Source of the DNA: an uncultured Pseudobdellovibrionaceae bacterium | Lineage (GTDB): Bacteria; Bdellovibrionota; Bdellovibrionia; Bdellovibrionales; UBA1609 | DNA length: 64,000 bases | Reading direction: 5' to 3' | NCBI GenBank assembly: GCA_964389375.1 | Contig: CAYMDP010000004.1 | Location: forward strand, 18,507 to 82,506 | In this document: one piece after another, positions 36,002-46,215 of the stretch | Position numbering within the stretch: the stretch's first letter is position 1 | Layout: each line of letters starts with the position of its first letter | Made by a program: the position numbers and the translations under genes | Notes under the pieces: model-generated | What the model was told of the DNA's origin: nothing | What the model saw: only the letters and a program-made list of their open reading frames with translations | Database searches by the model: none

Positions 36002-37147
36002 GTGGGTTTCTTAGACGTGAGGCTTGCAGAAATTAAAAATGAGGCAGTTGTGGTCGAGATTCAGCGCGGAGTAGCCTACCTTTATTACGCCTTCGACGTG
36101 GGCTCGGCCATTAATCTAGAAGAGGCTGATAAACTTCTATCGGCCACAAAAAAACAATCTCCATTTTTGCAAAAAAAGAAGATCAGTAAGTATTTTGAGT
36201 TTACTCCGGCTCCAATTCGAGTCGAACAAGTCGCCACGCCCTTCGAAGTCAGCAAAGGTTTTTTTACGGATGCGATGTCCGAGATCTTAATTTTTGATTT
36301 TGGCTCTTTGTCCGTGCGATTCCAAATCCCACTAGAGGGATCCCTTGAAGACATCATCCAATTAAGCGTAGATCTTTACGAGAATCTTCAGATGAGGGGA
36401 GTCGCCAGACAAGTGGCGGAATCTTTATTAAACGAGATCGCTCCTTCCGTTTTAAGGCCAGACTTAGCTGAGGGTGTGGAGGACTACTGGATTTTTCAGA
36501 TCTCAGAGACCAAACCGAATCTAACCCCGTCAGATATTGTGCAAAATCACATGCAGACCATGGCAAAGATTTTAAAAGCCGAAACTTCTGCTTTGTCGGA
36601 TCGCGAAATCCAAGAGATTCTGTCAGACCGAATTTCTTACGGCATCAATGATGTCACATTTTTAAATTGGTATAGTGCGATTATTTTTGATGAGCGCGCA
36701 GAAGATATTTACCGGGTTTTAGAGTTTGCCAATATCGTATTGATGGAGCTTTCGCACTTAGACGAAAAGCTAGATAAAGCCCTAGATGAGTTTTACGAAG
36801 AGTTTTCAAAAGAGCAAGATGGCGTTCGTAATGTCTTTGCAAGGCTTGCAGCTAGGCGCAATCAACGCCGTCGTTTTGCAAGATTTCAGATCGATAGCGC
36901 TATCTTTTTTGAGCGAGTCACCAATGCCTTAAAACTTATGGGCGATGACTTTCAAGCCAGAGTTTACCAGGTAGCCTCTAAAAAAATGGGTCTTTCTGCT
37001 TGGGACGCGAGCATTAATAAAAAATTGCGCACCATCGAAAGTATTTACGACAAGATTTCTGATTCAGAAGCCACCCGCCGCATGGAAGTGCTTGAGTGGA
37101 TTATTATTATCTTGATCGCCCTTTCAATTTATCTAGGGCTTAAATAA
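36002..37147 (+). CDS. Hypothetical protein, possibly DUF155/RMD1-like, with C-terminal TM anchor
   Basis: 381 aa with a GTG start. Soluble body ending in MEVLEWIIIILIALSIYLGLK, an arrangement I associate with DUF155. Weak assignment. Confidence 0.4.
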   Translation: MGFLDVRLAEIKNEAVVVEIQRGVAYLYYAFDVGSAINLEEADKLLSATKKQSPFLQKKKISKYFEFTPAPIRVEQVATPFEVSKGFFTDAMSEILIFDFGSLSVRFQIPLEGSLEDIIQLSVDLYENLQMRGVARQVAESLLNEIAPSVLRPDLAEGVEDYWIFQISETKPNLTPSDIVQNHMQTMAKILKAETSALSDREIQEILSDRISYGINDVTFLNWYSAIIFDERAEDIYRVLEFANIVLMELSHLDEKLDKALDEFYEEFSKEQDGVRNVFARLAARRNQRRRFARFQIDSAIFFERVTNALKLMGDDFQARVYQVASKKMGLSAWDASINKKLRTIESIYDKISDSEATRRMEVLEWIIIILIALSIYLGLK

Positions 37148-37171
37148 TAGACTTCATGCTCGGTTTTGCAT

Positions 37172-37963
37172 CTAACCGAAGTGGCCCGTCACGTATTCTT
37201 CAGTCAACTTTTTATGAGGCTTGGTGAAGATCTGGTTTGTGGGACTGCATTCGACAAGCTCACCCAAATACATAAAGGCCGTATAATCAGAAACTCGGGC
37301 GGCCTGCTGCATATTGTGAGTCACAATAATAATGCTGACGGATTTTTTTAACTCATGAACAAGCTCTTCAATCTTAGCTGTTGCAATGGGATCAAGGGCC
37401 GAAGTGGGCTCGTCGAATAATACAATCTCTGGATCAATGGCAAGAGCTCTTGCGATACAAAGTCTTTGTTGTTGTCCGCCGGAAAGGTTGTAGGCCTGCT
37501 GATGAAGGCGGTCTTTTGCTTCATCCCAAAGGGCCGCACTTTTTAAAGCTTTTTCGACTTGTTCTTCTAAAACACTTCTTTTTTTAATCCCACGAACTCT
37601 TAAACCGTAGGCGACGTTTTCGAAAATAGTTTTTGGAAATGGATTTGGTTTTTGAAACACCATACTAATTCGCATCCGCACTTCAATGGGATCCACTTCG
37701 CGGGCTAAGATATTAATGTCTTCGGGAAGCAGTCTAATTTCACCTTTATAATTGTGAGTATCATACAGATCATGCATTCGATTAAAACAACGAAGCAGGG
37801 TGGTCTTGCCGCAGCCAGAAGGGCCAATGAGAGAAAGCACCTGATTCATTGGAACATTTAAATTAATGTCCTTTAGCGCATGCACTGGACCATAGTGGAA
37901 GTTAAGATTTTTCACCTGGGCCTTTAAACTAAGATTTGAATCCATCGTTTTTGAGTTCGGCAT
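37172..37963 (-). CDS. pstB: Phosphate ABC transporter ATP-binding protein PstB
   Basis: Walker [10 protein letters not shown], signature LSGGQQQRL and Walker [11 protein letters not shown]. The PstB-typical CFNRMHDL block is present. Last gene of the pstSCAB order. Confidence 0.95.
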   Translation of the reverse strand: MPNSKTMDSNLSLKAQVKNLNFHYGPVHALKDINLNVPMNQVLSLIGPSGCGKTTLLRCFNRMHDLYDTHNYKGEIRLLPEDINILAREVDPIEVRMRISMVFQKPNPFPKTIFENVAYGLRVRGIKKRSVLEEQVEKALKSAALWDEAKDRLHQQAYNLSGGQQQRLCIARALAIDPEIVLFDEPTSALDPIATAKIEELVHELKKSVSIIIVTHNMQQAARVSDYTAFMYLGELVECSPTNQIFTKPHKKLTEEYVTGHFG

Positions 37964-38872
37964 CTACCACTTAATCCTTTTTCGAAAGCCCTGACGAATA
38001 TAAATCGCCAAGCCATTTAAAGAGAGAGTCAGAAATAACAAAAGAAGACCTGCCGCAGCCGCATTGACATGAAACTCCTGCTGAGGTCTAGACACCCAAT
38101 TAAACATCTGAATTGGCAAAACAGTAAAGGGATCTAGAATCCACTGAAAGGACAAAAATGGAGGCTCGGCCTGAAGAGGGGGTGTTGGTAAAAAAGCAAT
38201 AAAAGTTAAGGCACCAATGGTAATCAAGGGAGCCGTTTCCCCAATCGCTCGAGATAATGCGATAATGATCCCCGTTAAAATTCCGCCCATCGAATAGGGA
38301 AGAACATGATCCTTAACAGTCTGCCACTTCGTCGCGCCCACCGCATAAGAGGCTTCTCGAATATGTAAAGGGATAGCCTTAATCGCCTCCCTTGTCGTAA
38401 CAATCACAATAGGCAGCACCAGCAGTCCTAAGGTCAAGCCAGCGGTCAAGATACTTTGGCCCAATGAAAACTTATAAACAAAAAGTCCAAGCGCCATAAG
38501 CCCAAAAATAATCGAAGGAACCCCTGCAAGATTTGTAATATTGATCTCGATAAAGGTCGTAAGTCGGTTTTTCGGAGCGTACTCTTCAAGATAAAGTCCG
38601 GCCGCAACTCCAAGTGGAATTGCGACAAGAGAGGTCACAAACATCACCAAAAGAGTGCCGACCCAAGCTGATAAGATTCCGGCTTTCTCAGCAAAGCGAG
38701 ACGGAAAGCTAGACATAAAGTCCAGATCAATTCGGTTAAGTCCCGAAGTGCTTAAATCAATAATCAACAAAAGCAAAGTGATCAAACCAAAGGCGAGAGA
38801 TAAAAATCCAATCCAAGAAAAGATTTTGTCCCGACGCTTTGATTTTTTAATTTGCGCTTTAAGATCTTGCAT
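37964..38872 (-). CDS. pstA: Phosphate ABC transporter permease PstA
   Basis: 302-aa polytopic protein with the EAA-loop region REASYAVGATKWQTV. Abuts pstB with no gap and pstC with no gap. Confidence 0.9.
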   Translation of the reverse strand: MQDLKAQIKKSKRRDKIFSWIGFLSLAFGLITLLLLIIDLSTSGLNRIDLDFMSSFPSRFAEKAGILSAWVGTLLVMFVTSLVAIPLGVAAGLYLEEYAPKNRLTTFIEINITNLAGVPSIIFGLMALGLFVYKFSLGQSILTAGLTLGLLVLPIVIVTTREAIKAIPLHIREASYAVGATKWQTVKDHVLPYSMGGILTGIIIALSRAIGETAPLITIGALTFIAFLPTPPLQAEPPFLSFQWILDPFTVLPIQMFNWVSRPQQEFHVNAAAAGLLLLFLTLSLNGLAIYIRQGFRKRIKW

Positions 38873-39856
38873 TTAGTAGCGCTCCCTATAGCGACTCTTT
38901 AAGGCGTGTCCTAAAATGTTAAAGCAAAGTGTGATTAGCAAAAGGCTAAGACCCGCAGCAAAGATGGTCTGGTAGCCGATGGTTCCGTGAGGTAAATCCC
39001 CAAGGCTGACCTGAACAATATAAGCCGTTACGGTTTGTGCGGGCTCCATGGGATTAAAACTAAAGTTTGGCTGCATTCCTGCGGCGATGGCTACGACCAT
39101 GGTCTCGCCAATCGCTCTTGAAATCGCCAAGATATAAGCCGCAGTAATTCCAGAAAATGCAGAAGGAACCACCACTCCAAATACCGTCTGCAGCCGTGTT
39201 GATCCCATCGCGTATGAACCCTCACGAAGGTACATAGGGACTGCCCGCATGGCATCTTCACTTAAGGAGCTGACGTAAGGGATAATCATCACACCCATTA
39301 CAAGACCCGCACTGAGCATGCTAAAGCCAGGAAGGCCTGGAAGAATTTTTTGTAAAAGGGGAGTCACAAACAAAAGAGCAAAATAGCCGTAAACAACCGT
39401 AGGGATTGCGCTTAAAAGTTCAAGTATCGGTTTAACAAAATCTCGGGTGCGCGAGTTCGCATATTCGCTTAAGTAAATCGCTGCGATCGAGCCTAAAGGG
39501 ATCGCAACTAAAAGCGCCACCAAGGTGATCACAAAAGTTCCGGCAAGCAAGGGGCGGATTCCGTAGTGAGCATCCGCAAAAAGAGGAGTCCACTGATCAT
39601 CCGTTAAAAAATCAACAATCGAGACCGCTTTAAAAAATGGAATGGATTCGTAAATTAAAACGCCCGCAATTCCAAGAGTGGCACAAACAGAGGCAGAGGC
39701 CGCCAAAAATAAAATGCCTTCCACCAGAGACTCGCGAAAGGCACGCCACTTACGCCGTTTTCGCGAAGCTTCAGTCAGCGAGGCCCGACTTAAGGCGGAC
39801 CTCCCAAGACTTAAAGAAGATCCATTTAAGGGAATTGAATCAGAGCTTGGCTTCAC
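38873..39856 (-). CDS. pstC: Phosphate ABC transporter permease PstC
   Basis: 327-aa polytopic protein with the EAA-loop region REGSYAMGSTRLQTV. Second gene after pstS. Confidence 0.9.
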   Translation of the reverse strand: MKPSSDSIPLNGSSLSLGRSALSRASLTEASRKRRKWRAFRESLVEGILFLAASASVCATLGIAGVLIYESIPFFKAVSIVDFLTDDQWTPLFADAHYGIRPLLAGTFVITLVALLVAIPLGSIAAIYLSEYANSRTRDFVKPILELLSAIPTVVYGYFALLFVTPLLQKILPGLPGFSMLSAGLVMGVMIIPYVSSLSEDAMRAVPMYLREGSYAMGSTRLQTVFGVVVPSAFSGITAAYILAISRAIGETMVVAIAAGMQPNFSFNPMEPAQTVTAYIVQVSLGDLPHGTIGYQTIFAAGLSLLLITLCFNILGHALKSRYRERY

Positions 39857-40877
39857 GCTTTAACAGCTCCTCGATGCTTAAGCCCACCTGAGCTTCACCG
39901 CCAAATACAGTTCCAATTTTATTTGAACTTAAGTTCTTTAGGCCCATTTCGTAGGCGGAAGCAGGAAGAGAAACATATTTTACTTGAGCTACTAGATTGG
40001 TGGCGTTCTTTAAATAGTATTCAGCAAATTCTTTAACTTCTGCCTTCTTCAGTGCGTTTGCACTGACGTAAATGAAAATGGGTCTAGCCAATGGGTAATA
40101 ACTTCCGTCTTCAACGGATTGTTTCGAAGGGCTGACTGGACCTGGCTTTGGAGCTTTGCTCCCGCCATCAACCGGGACCGCGCGAAGTTTTTCTTGGTTT
40201 GGCTCGTAGTAGGCGTAGGGCAAGTAGCCCAAGGCATTCGGATCATTGCTTACACCCAAGACGATCGTATTGTCGTCTTCACTTGCCGTATAATCACCAC
40301 GACTACTTTTTGCGTGTCCAACGATGGCCTCAGTAAAGTAGTCAAATGTCCCTGAATCTGCTCCAGCTCCGTAAAGAGTCAAAGCTTGGTCTGGCCAAGA
40401 AGGATCGATTTGATTCCACTTCATAATCTTTCCTTGGGCCCCGGGCTCCCAGATTTTTTTAAGTTGCTCAGCGGTGATCGACTTAAGCCAAGTGTTTTTT
40501 GGACTTACAACTACGGTTGTCGCGTCGTAAGCGACGGGAAGTTCGATATAGGTTACGCCGGCTTTTTTACAGGCTTCCATTTCGACTTTGCTAATGGGGC
40601 GAGAAGCGCCTTGGACATCCGTTTCGCCACGGCAAAACTTTTTAAATCCTCCTCCGGTTCCAGAAATTCCAACAGTGACGCGAATTTTTCCTTTTGCAGA
40701 TTTTTGAAATTCTTCAGCGATGGCTTCAGTGATTGGAAACACGGTGCTTGATCCGTCCACGGTAACCAAAGTTTGCGGGCTCTCTGCCTGTTCATTTTTC
40801 TTCGTGCAAGAGGAAAGTCCTAAAGACAATGCCAGTAAACTGCCGAGGGTCAGAAAGGTCATGAATGAAGAGTTCAT
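39840..40877 (-). CDS. pstS: Phosphate-binding lipoprotein PstS
   Basis: RBS AAGGAG. Lipobox [21 protein letters not shown] and GTGGGFKKF are typical of PstS-family periplasmic binding proteins. Confidence 0.9.
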   Translation of the reverse strand: MNSSFMTFLTLGSLLALSLGLSSCTKKNEQAESPQTLVTVDGSSTVFPITEAIAEEFQKSAKGKIRVTVGISGTGGGFKKFCRGETDVQGASRPISKVEMEACKKAGVTYIELPVAYDATTVVVSPKNTWLKSITAEQLKKIWEPGAQGKIMKWNQIDPSWPDQALTLYGAGADSGTFDYFTEAIVGHAKSSRGDYTASEDDNTIVLGVSNDPNALGYLPYAYYEPNQEKLRAVPVDGGSKAPKPGPVSPSKQSVEDGSYYPLARPIFIYVSANALKKAEVKEFAEYYLKNATNLVAQVKYVSLPASAYEMGLKNLSSNKIGTVFGGEAQVGLSIEELLKREAKL

Positions 40878-40946
40878 CGAGGCTCCTTTTGTATTAACTA
40901 TGGCTGATTCACAAGCCGTATTTTTACACTTGTTTTAGGGGCTTCT

Positions 40947-40964
40947 TTGTTAGGCTTTTGTCAG
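40947..40964 (+). promoter_or_regulatory. Pho-box-like 7-4-7 direct repeat
   Basis: TTGTTAG-GCTT-TTGTCAG has 11-bp phasing. A weaker third copy, TTGTTTTAGG, lies at 40930-39. It sits in the divergent region between pstS and the 41236 operon. Compare the E. coli consensus CTGTCAT-N4-CTGTCAT. Confidence 0.45.
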
Positions 40965-41235
40965 GATCAGGCGGGCAATAAAGCTAAGTCTTAGGAATAT
41001 TCGGTACTTAGTGTTTCAGAGTGAGACGTGAAATTTTGCTAAACACTTGGTCGCTGCCAAAGAATTGTACAAGCCTTTGGTCTTTAGACGACTTGATGAG
41101 TTTTTTACACGGCACGGAGCTTGAAGTACTTTACTGCGACTCGATTAGTCTGGTCTCGATAACTTATGGTCTGTCGACTTTTTCTACAGACTTTAAAAGT
41201 TTCATTCTGAGACGAGTTTTGGCCTAGGGGGGAAT

Positions 41236-43164
41236 TTGAATAATAGTCGGACGTCCTTCAAAAAATCAGCGGTGATTATCCTAGCCATGTTCGGTTTGCT
41301 TTTACCTTTTCAAAACTGTGCTCCAATTGGTGGAGTTCAAACTTCTGAATCGACTGATATTTCTAGTTCTTCTGGTGACGGCGAAACGCCTTTGCCGAAT
41401 GATGGCTCTCTCCCTCCTCCTCCAACGGGAGAGCCGCCTCCAGCGGAACCACCGCCACCACCTCCTCCGGTGGGAGTCGACCCATGTGCTAATAATAGAG
41501 CGCCGGTATTAAGTGGATATCGCCCGACCGGTCAAACTACGGTGCAAACAACTGTTCCAAATCAAAACGCTCGAATTGGTATGGCAACAAATGCGGGGAC
41601 CCAAGTTCCAGGTGTATTAACTTTTGTTGGAAATCCTGGGGCTGGTGAAGATACTCAAACACTGAGTCTTCGTTGTAACGTCGCTCACTACGATCAAAAT
41701 GGAACGCGACTGACCGGAAACAATTCGGCTTTACTTGCGGTAAGTTGTACGAATAATGGCGGAGTCAATATGACTCGAGATGGATCCATCTGGAGAGCCA
41801 ACCTGACGACGACTCAAGCGGAGGGTCGCGAGTGTCTTGCCGGACGAACTGAAATCAGTGTGTTTGTGCGCGACCAATGTAATGCGAACTCGACGACAAT
41901 GAATTACACCATTCAAGTTGCAGATGGCTGTTTGCCCACTCGAAAAGTGGTGGCTTCGGATGCAACTGATAAAAATGATCAATTCGGACACCAAGTTGCT
42001 TTGACTGGAACTTATGCGGCTGTTGTTGCCAGTGAAAATGATCAAAACGGTATGGATTCGGGTGCAGTCTATGTTTACCAGGTCGGTGCTGGAAACTTAA
42101 GCTTCGAAGCAAAACTTCGGCCGACTGATGTTCCTTATGGCGGAAATAATTCAGGACTTGTTGGAGCCACTTTACGAGGTGTGGCTCTGAACGGAACAAC
42201 ACTTGCTGTAGGATCTCCCTATTATAGATCCGGATCGGTAACTAGTGGCGCAGTGTTTATTTTTAACCGGGTCAATGGCGTTTGGACTCAAACTCAAAGA
42301 ATTCTTCCTGCTGGTGGAAATGCCGGCGGTGGGGATACCTTCGGAGATGCTGTCGCCTTATCCGGAAACACTCTAGTCGTTGGAGCACCAAGAGATTCTA
42401 GTCGGGGAGTTACTGCGGGCGCAGCTTACGTCTACACGCTTACAGGAAATGATTTTGTTTTAGCTGAAAAAATAACTGCACCAAATGCAGCTGCTCGCCA
42501 GCTGTTTGGTTATAGTGTAGCTGTGGACGGATCTTTAGTGGCAGTTGGTGCGCCGGTCGACACAGTATTCTCCGAAGCGGCGGGTTTTGCTTACGTCTTT
42601 AATCGCGGCACTGGTTCTACGACCGAGATTAGTGGAATCACAAGTCGTCCGGCAGATATTGGTCAAAGAGCACGATTTGGCGAATCCGTTGGGATCTCTG
42701 GATCCAATTTGGTTGTCGGAGCAACTCTTGCTTCAAATCCTTCCGGGAATAATGGATCGGTTCGATCTGGCGCGGCCTTTGTTTATTCCATTTCTGCGGC
42801 TGGGGCGAGTTTTAGAAACAAACTCTTCGGTTCGGCGAATCAAATGCTATTCGGTCACTCCGTTTCAATCTCGGGATCCACTGTCGTTGTTGGGTCCCCC
42901 GGGGATGCGGCCGAAACAGGTGGCGATATGGGCGCAGCATACTTATTTCAACTTCCAGCAGGAGCAACGACAACTGCGGTCAATTCAAGTTTTCGAATCA
43001 TGGCTCGGGATCGTCTAAGAGAAGATCGGTTTGGATTCCATGTGGGAGTAGCTTCAGGACGAGTTTTGATTGGAACTCCAATGGACAACTTGTTGTCGTC
43101 TGAGACAGTTTCACAGCAAGAAATCGAGCGCGGCGGGTCTGCGCACTTGGTGACTCTGCCTTAA
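41236..43164 (+). CDS. Lipoprotein with Pro-rich linker, Cys-rich Ig-like region and FG-GAP-type beta-propeller
   Basis: TTG start after GGGGGG. Lipobox-like LLPFQNC. The linker is PPPPTGEPPPAEPPPPPPP. There are six repeats of the type FG(H/D/Y/E)xVxxxG...VGAP...GAxYV(Y/F). Confidence 0.8.
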   Translation: MNNSRTSFKKSAVIILAMFGLLLPFQNCAPIGGVQTSESTDISSSSGDGETPLPNDGSLPPPPTGEPPPAEPPPPPPPVGVDPCANNRAPVLSGYRPTGQTTVQTTVPNQNARIGMATNAGTQVPGVLTFVGNPGAGEDTQTLSLRCNVAHYDQNGTRLTGNNSALLAVSCTNNGGVNMTRDGSIWRANLTTTQAEGRECLAGRTEISVFVRDQCNANSTTMNYTIQVADGCLPTRKVVASDATDKNDQFGHQVALTGTYAAVVASENDQNGMDSGAVYVYQVGAGNLSFEAKLRPTDVPYGGNNSGLVGATLRGVALNGTTLAVGSPYYRSGSVTSGAVFIFNRVNGVWTQTQRILPAGGNAGGGDTFGDAVALSGNTLVVGAPRDSSRGVTAGAAYVYTLTGNDFVLAEKITAPNAAARQLFGYSVAVDGSLVAVGAPVDTVFSEAAGFAYVFNRGTGSTTEISGITSRPADIGQRARFGESVGISGSNLVVGATLASNPSGNNGSVRSGAAFVYSISAAGASFRNKLFGSANQMLFGHSVSISGSTVVVGSPGDAAETGGDMGAAYLFQLPAGATTTAVNSSFRIMARDRLREDRFGFHVGVASGRVLIGTPMDNLLSSETVSQQEIERGGSAHLVTLP

Positions 43165-43227
43165 GTTTTTTTGAGTTGGTGTTTAAGTTTTGGTTTTATG
43201 GGGATGGACCTTTTGGGGGATAAGAAG

Positions 43228-45465
43228 ATGAGAAACAAGATAAAAATCCTAAGTGTCGCGGCAATCATGGGATTGGCTCTGAATCACTTGCCTTCTTCCA
43301 GTTTGACGGTCGACGGGGATCGCGTCATGCCCGACGGACGAGTGTTGGTTCGTGGTTCTGCTGAGTGGCAAAATCAAATGCAAGTCGATGGCCTTGTTGC
43401 TCTCTATCTGTTTAGAGAAACCTCTGGTCCAGTATTAGATCTTTCAGGATATCGAAATTCAAATGGAGACCTTGAGCCACTGAATTTAACGATCGACGAT
43501 CCCGACTCCGGCGGCCCAAGTGCTGAGGTTCGTCGCCCTGGTTCTCACCTTGCGATTGATTTTCCGACACTGGTTCGCTCTTCTGGACCAGCCGCTAAGA
43601 TCCATCGCGAGTGCCGGGCCTCTCAGCAACTTTCTGTAGAGACTTGGATTAGTAATCGACAAGATTCTGCGACTTCACTGTCGCGTCCATTGAGTATTGT
43701 GACCCTGTCCAATCAGCGAGAGGCAAACCGCGATAATCTATCTTCAACCAACCGAAACTTCTTTCTTGCACAAGAATACGATGAGGGACCTCGGTATAGA
43801 GCGATTCTTAGAACCTCAAGCTCGGCAGATACTCGAGATGAAGAAGGTGCATTTATCCGGTCTGCTGCGGGTGTGGCCGAAAGAAATGTTCTTCAACACG
43901 TTGTTATGACGCGTTTTCGTGATGTGGCTGCAGGTGGACGAGAGGTCACTCGGCTCTATGCCAGTGAGCGAAGTGATTCGGGCCAAACCCTAGACTTGCT
44001 CCGTGAAGAAGTCGTCAACGACGGTGGGCTTTCAGGGACCTTTAACAATTGGGACGCAAATGCGGTGCTCGGGATTGGAAATGAAATTTCTTATGCCTCA
44101 CCTCTGGCAAGAAGAGCAAATGCAGAGGATCGATTCACTACGGAGCAAAGAGGCTGGACTGGGGACCTTTATCTTGTCGCGGTTTATTGTAAAGCGCTAG
44201 AGACCGAGGATATTCTAGGAGCTCGAGCTCCAGTAAAAGGGGCTTTTCAAAATCTTGGGATCAATCCGGCCGAGCAAGTGACTCAGAATTTGGAAAAAGC
44301 ATCAACGCTTTATCGCCGCCTAACCGGAACAACACTTCCCGTGACAAGCCCATTAATTAAAGACATGGCTCAAAGAATCCAAGGGTCTGGAGAAACGGGC
44401 TTAATGGAAGCCGCGGCCCTTGCAACAAATCAAAGGGATTTTTATAATATTACCGTAAGAGACTTTGCTTCTCGCATGTCCACACGAGATGAGACCGTAA
44501 ATACGGACCTTAATGATTTCTCAGCGACGCTAATTGGGATTGTCCGCGACAATATCAACGCAAAACAACTTTTGACTGCGGACTTTATGTATATTGCAGA
44601 TCAATCTAAGGCTGCGGTCCCCAGTCGAATGCAAGAAGATATTCTTACCTCCAACGCGCACTACGTGGCTTTGGAAGAGGGGCGCTTTAATTTGGCCGAG
44701 GTTTTGGTTCAAGTTCCACAGACTATCTTTGATGGTCGCGAAGTGCGCCCTCATCCAAATGCAGCGGGTCTTTTGACAACTCGAGCTTGGATGGAAGCCC
44801 ATGCAACGGCAGGAACGAATCGCCGATTGGTGGAGTACGCCTTTAGACAGTTCTTGTGTATCCCAATGGACAAATGGTCTGATAGCTATGCGCCAGATGA
44901 CTATGTCGGTCGAGACATTGATCGCTTTCCAGCTGGAGACAACACAAATTACACAACGACCTGTCGAGCTTGTCACTCAACGATGGACAGTCTTCGTGGA
45001 GCCTTTGCCTTTTATGACTTCAGCAATGGCTTTGCAAAGTATTCTTGGTACATGACTCCTGCGGCCCCAGATGCTGAGGACACGCCAACCACGATTCGAG
45101 TGACAAATCCCCAGACCATGGTTGTTGCAAAGATGAATCACAACGATCTAGGACGTGGTGGCCGAGAAACTCGAGACAGCTACTTCTTTAACAACGCGAC
45201 AACTGGAGTTAACGGAACTTACTTTCAGTGGAGTGGGCGTAAAGAAGGCTACGGAGTGAAAGACTTCGGGGATATGCTATCCAACTCATCCGCATTTCCA
45301 ACATGTATGGCTCAAAGAGTATTTCGCTCTGTTTGTAAGCGCGAGCCCGCAAGCTTTGATCGAGCTATGATCAATCGCGTGGCTCAAGACTTTGTATCCT
45401 CGAACTTTAATTTGAAAACTTTGTTTCAAAGGGTCGCAATCTCAACTGAATGTGTTGGCCAATAA
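43228..45465 (+). CDS. Exported protein: LamG/concanavalin-like N-terminal region plus C-terminal CxxCH region (DUF1588-like)
   Basis: ATG at 43228 after GGGGGA, then signal peptide MRNKIKILSVAAIMGLALN. The N-terminal half has a LamG-like pattern (LYLFRETSGPVLDLSG...VETWIS...). CRACHSTMDSLRGAFAFYDF resembles the DUF1588 heme-motif block. Confidence 0.6.
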   Translation: MRNKIKILSVAAIMGLALNHLPSSSLTVDGDRVMPDGRVLVRGSAEWQNQMQVDGLVALYLFRETSGPVLDLSGYRNSNGDLEPLNLTIDDPDSGGPSAEVRRPGSHLAIDFPTLVRSSGPAAKIHRECRASQQLSVETWISNRQDSATSLSRPLSIVTLSNQREANRDNLSSTNRNFFLAQEYDEGPRYRAILRTSSSADTRDEEGAFIRSAAGVAERNVLQHVVMTRFRDVAAGGREVTRLYASERSDSGQTLDLLREEVVNDGGLSGTFNNWDANAVLGIGNEISYASPLARRANAEDRFTTEQRGWTGDLYLVAVYCKALETEDILGARAPVKGAFQNLGINPAEQVTQNLEKASTLYRRLTGTTLPVTSPLIKDMAQRIQGSGETGLMEAAALATNQRDFYNITVRDFASRMSTRDETVNTDLNDFSATLIGIVRDNINAKQLLTADFMYIADQSKAAVPSRMQEDILTSNAHYVALEEGRFNLAEVLVQVPQTIFDGREVRPHPNAAGLLTTRAWMEAHATAGTNRRLVEYAFRQFLCIPMDKWSDSYAPDDYVGRDIDRFPAGDNTNYTTTCRACHSTMDSLRGAFAFYDFSNGFAKYSWYMTPAAPDAEDTPTTIRVTNPQTMVVAKMNHNDLGRGGRETRDSYFFNNATTGVNGTYFQWSGRKEGYGVKDFGDMLSNSSAFPTCMAQRVFRSVCKREPASFDRAMINRVAQDFVSSNFNLKTLFQRVAISTECVGQ

Positions 45466-45482
45466 GGTTGAGTGGGGGAAAT

Positions 45483-46151
45483 ATGAAACGGATAATTAAC
45501 CGAAGAAAAATTCAAGTGTTCGCAGCCATTTTGGCAGTCACTGCGGCCTCGGCTATCTTTGGCCATGGTTGTAGTGGAATTGGTCAAAGTTCAAAGTCCA
45601 ACTCGGGGGCCAACTCTTTGGGAGCAGATGTTCCCAGTGACTTTGTGCCGATTCCAAATCAACGAACAGTCTCGACTGTGTATGCAAAGCAAATTTTGGA
45701 CAACAATGTATCTTGTACGGGAATTGGGAGCGAAAGTACTCAGACTCGCTCGGTCTGGACCGAAAGACGAGGGTCATTAAGTGAATATGGATACGCGACC
45801 CATATTACCGCACCTAAGTTAATGGCAATTGCCTCGGTGGCAGGCGAAGTCTGCAATGACTTGATTCGCGCAGAGCGAGCTCGAGGAAGTCAGGATCGAA
45901 ACATTTTCACCAGTTTTGATTTGTCCGCAACACCAGGTCGTCTTCCAGCTTCTTCTGATATTTCGGATGCAGCCTCTCGCTTAGCTTTGGCTTGCTGGCA
46001 AAGAAACGTTCGTGAGGATGAGATTCGAATTATCGAAAGCAATGTCATGGAAGCCATGTCCGGAGCTATGGTGAATGCACGGCAAGTTGAAAACGCAGCA
46101 CTTTTACTGTGCACGGGGATGTTGTCGAGTTTATCGGCGATCGAGATCTAG
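45483..46151 (+). CDS. Small lipoprotein, unknown function
   Basis: ATG at 45483 after GGGGGA. Lipobox-like IFGHGC. 222 aa. AASRLALACWQRNVREDEI faintly resembles DUF1595-type blocks (weak). Confidence 0.6.
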   Translation: MKRIINRRKIQVFAAILAVTAASAIFGHGCSGIGQSSKSNSGANSLGADVPSDFVPIPNQRTVSTVYAKQILDNNVSCTGIGSESTQTRSVWTERRGSLSEYGYATHITAPKLMAIASVAGEVCNDLIRAERARGSQDRNIFTSFDLSATPGRLPASSDISDAASRLALACWQRNVREDEIRIIESNVMEAMSGAMVNARQVENAALLLCTGMLSSLSAIEI

Positions 46152-46215
46152 CTTAAAGTGAACTGAGCGAGCCAGAGTATTTTGTGGTTTTTGTAAAAGG
46201 GTTTTGGGGGATGAG

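Noticed and set aside
40878-40946. I looked for a canonical-orientation Pho box (CTGTCAT read in the pstS direction) closer to the pstS start.
   Set aside because: I found only loosely similar heptamers (GTGTAAA, TTGTGAA on the minus strand) with 16-bp rather than 11-bp spacing. This does not support a call.
41021-41227. A 68-aa GTG-initiated ORF in the pstS/operon intergenic region was considered as a possible leader peptide.
   Set aside because: There is no Shine-Dalgarno sequence and no recognisable features, and it would sit inside the putative 5' UTR. I cannot support it as a CDS, though ribosome profiling could revisit it.
39840-45000. Numerous antisense or alternate-frame ORFs lie inside pstS, the FG-GAP gene and the LamG/CxxCH gene (for example 40386-40751, 41731-42202, 42545-43018, 44530-44976).
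   Set aside because: Each lies wholly within a longer ORF that has clear family motifs or export signals. None has an RBS or a recognisable domain.
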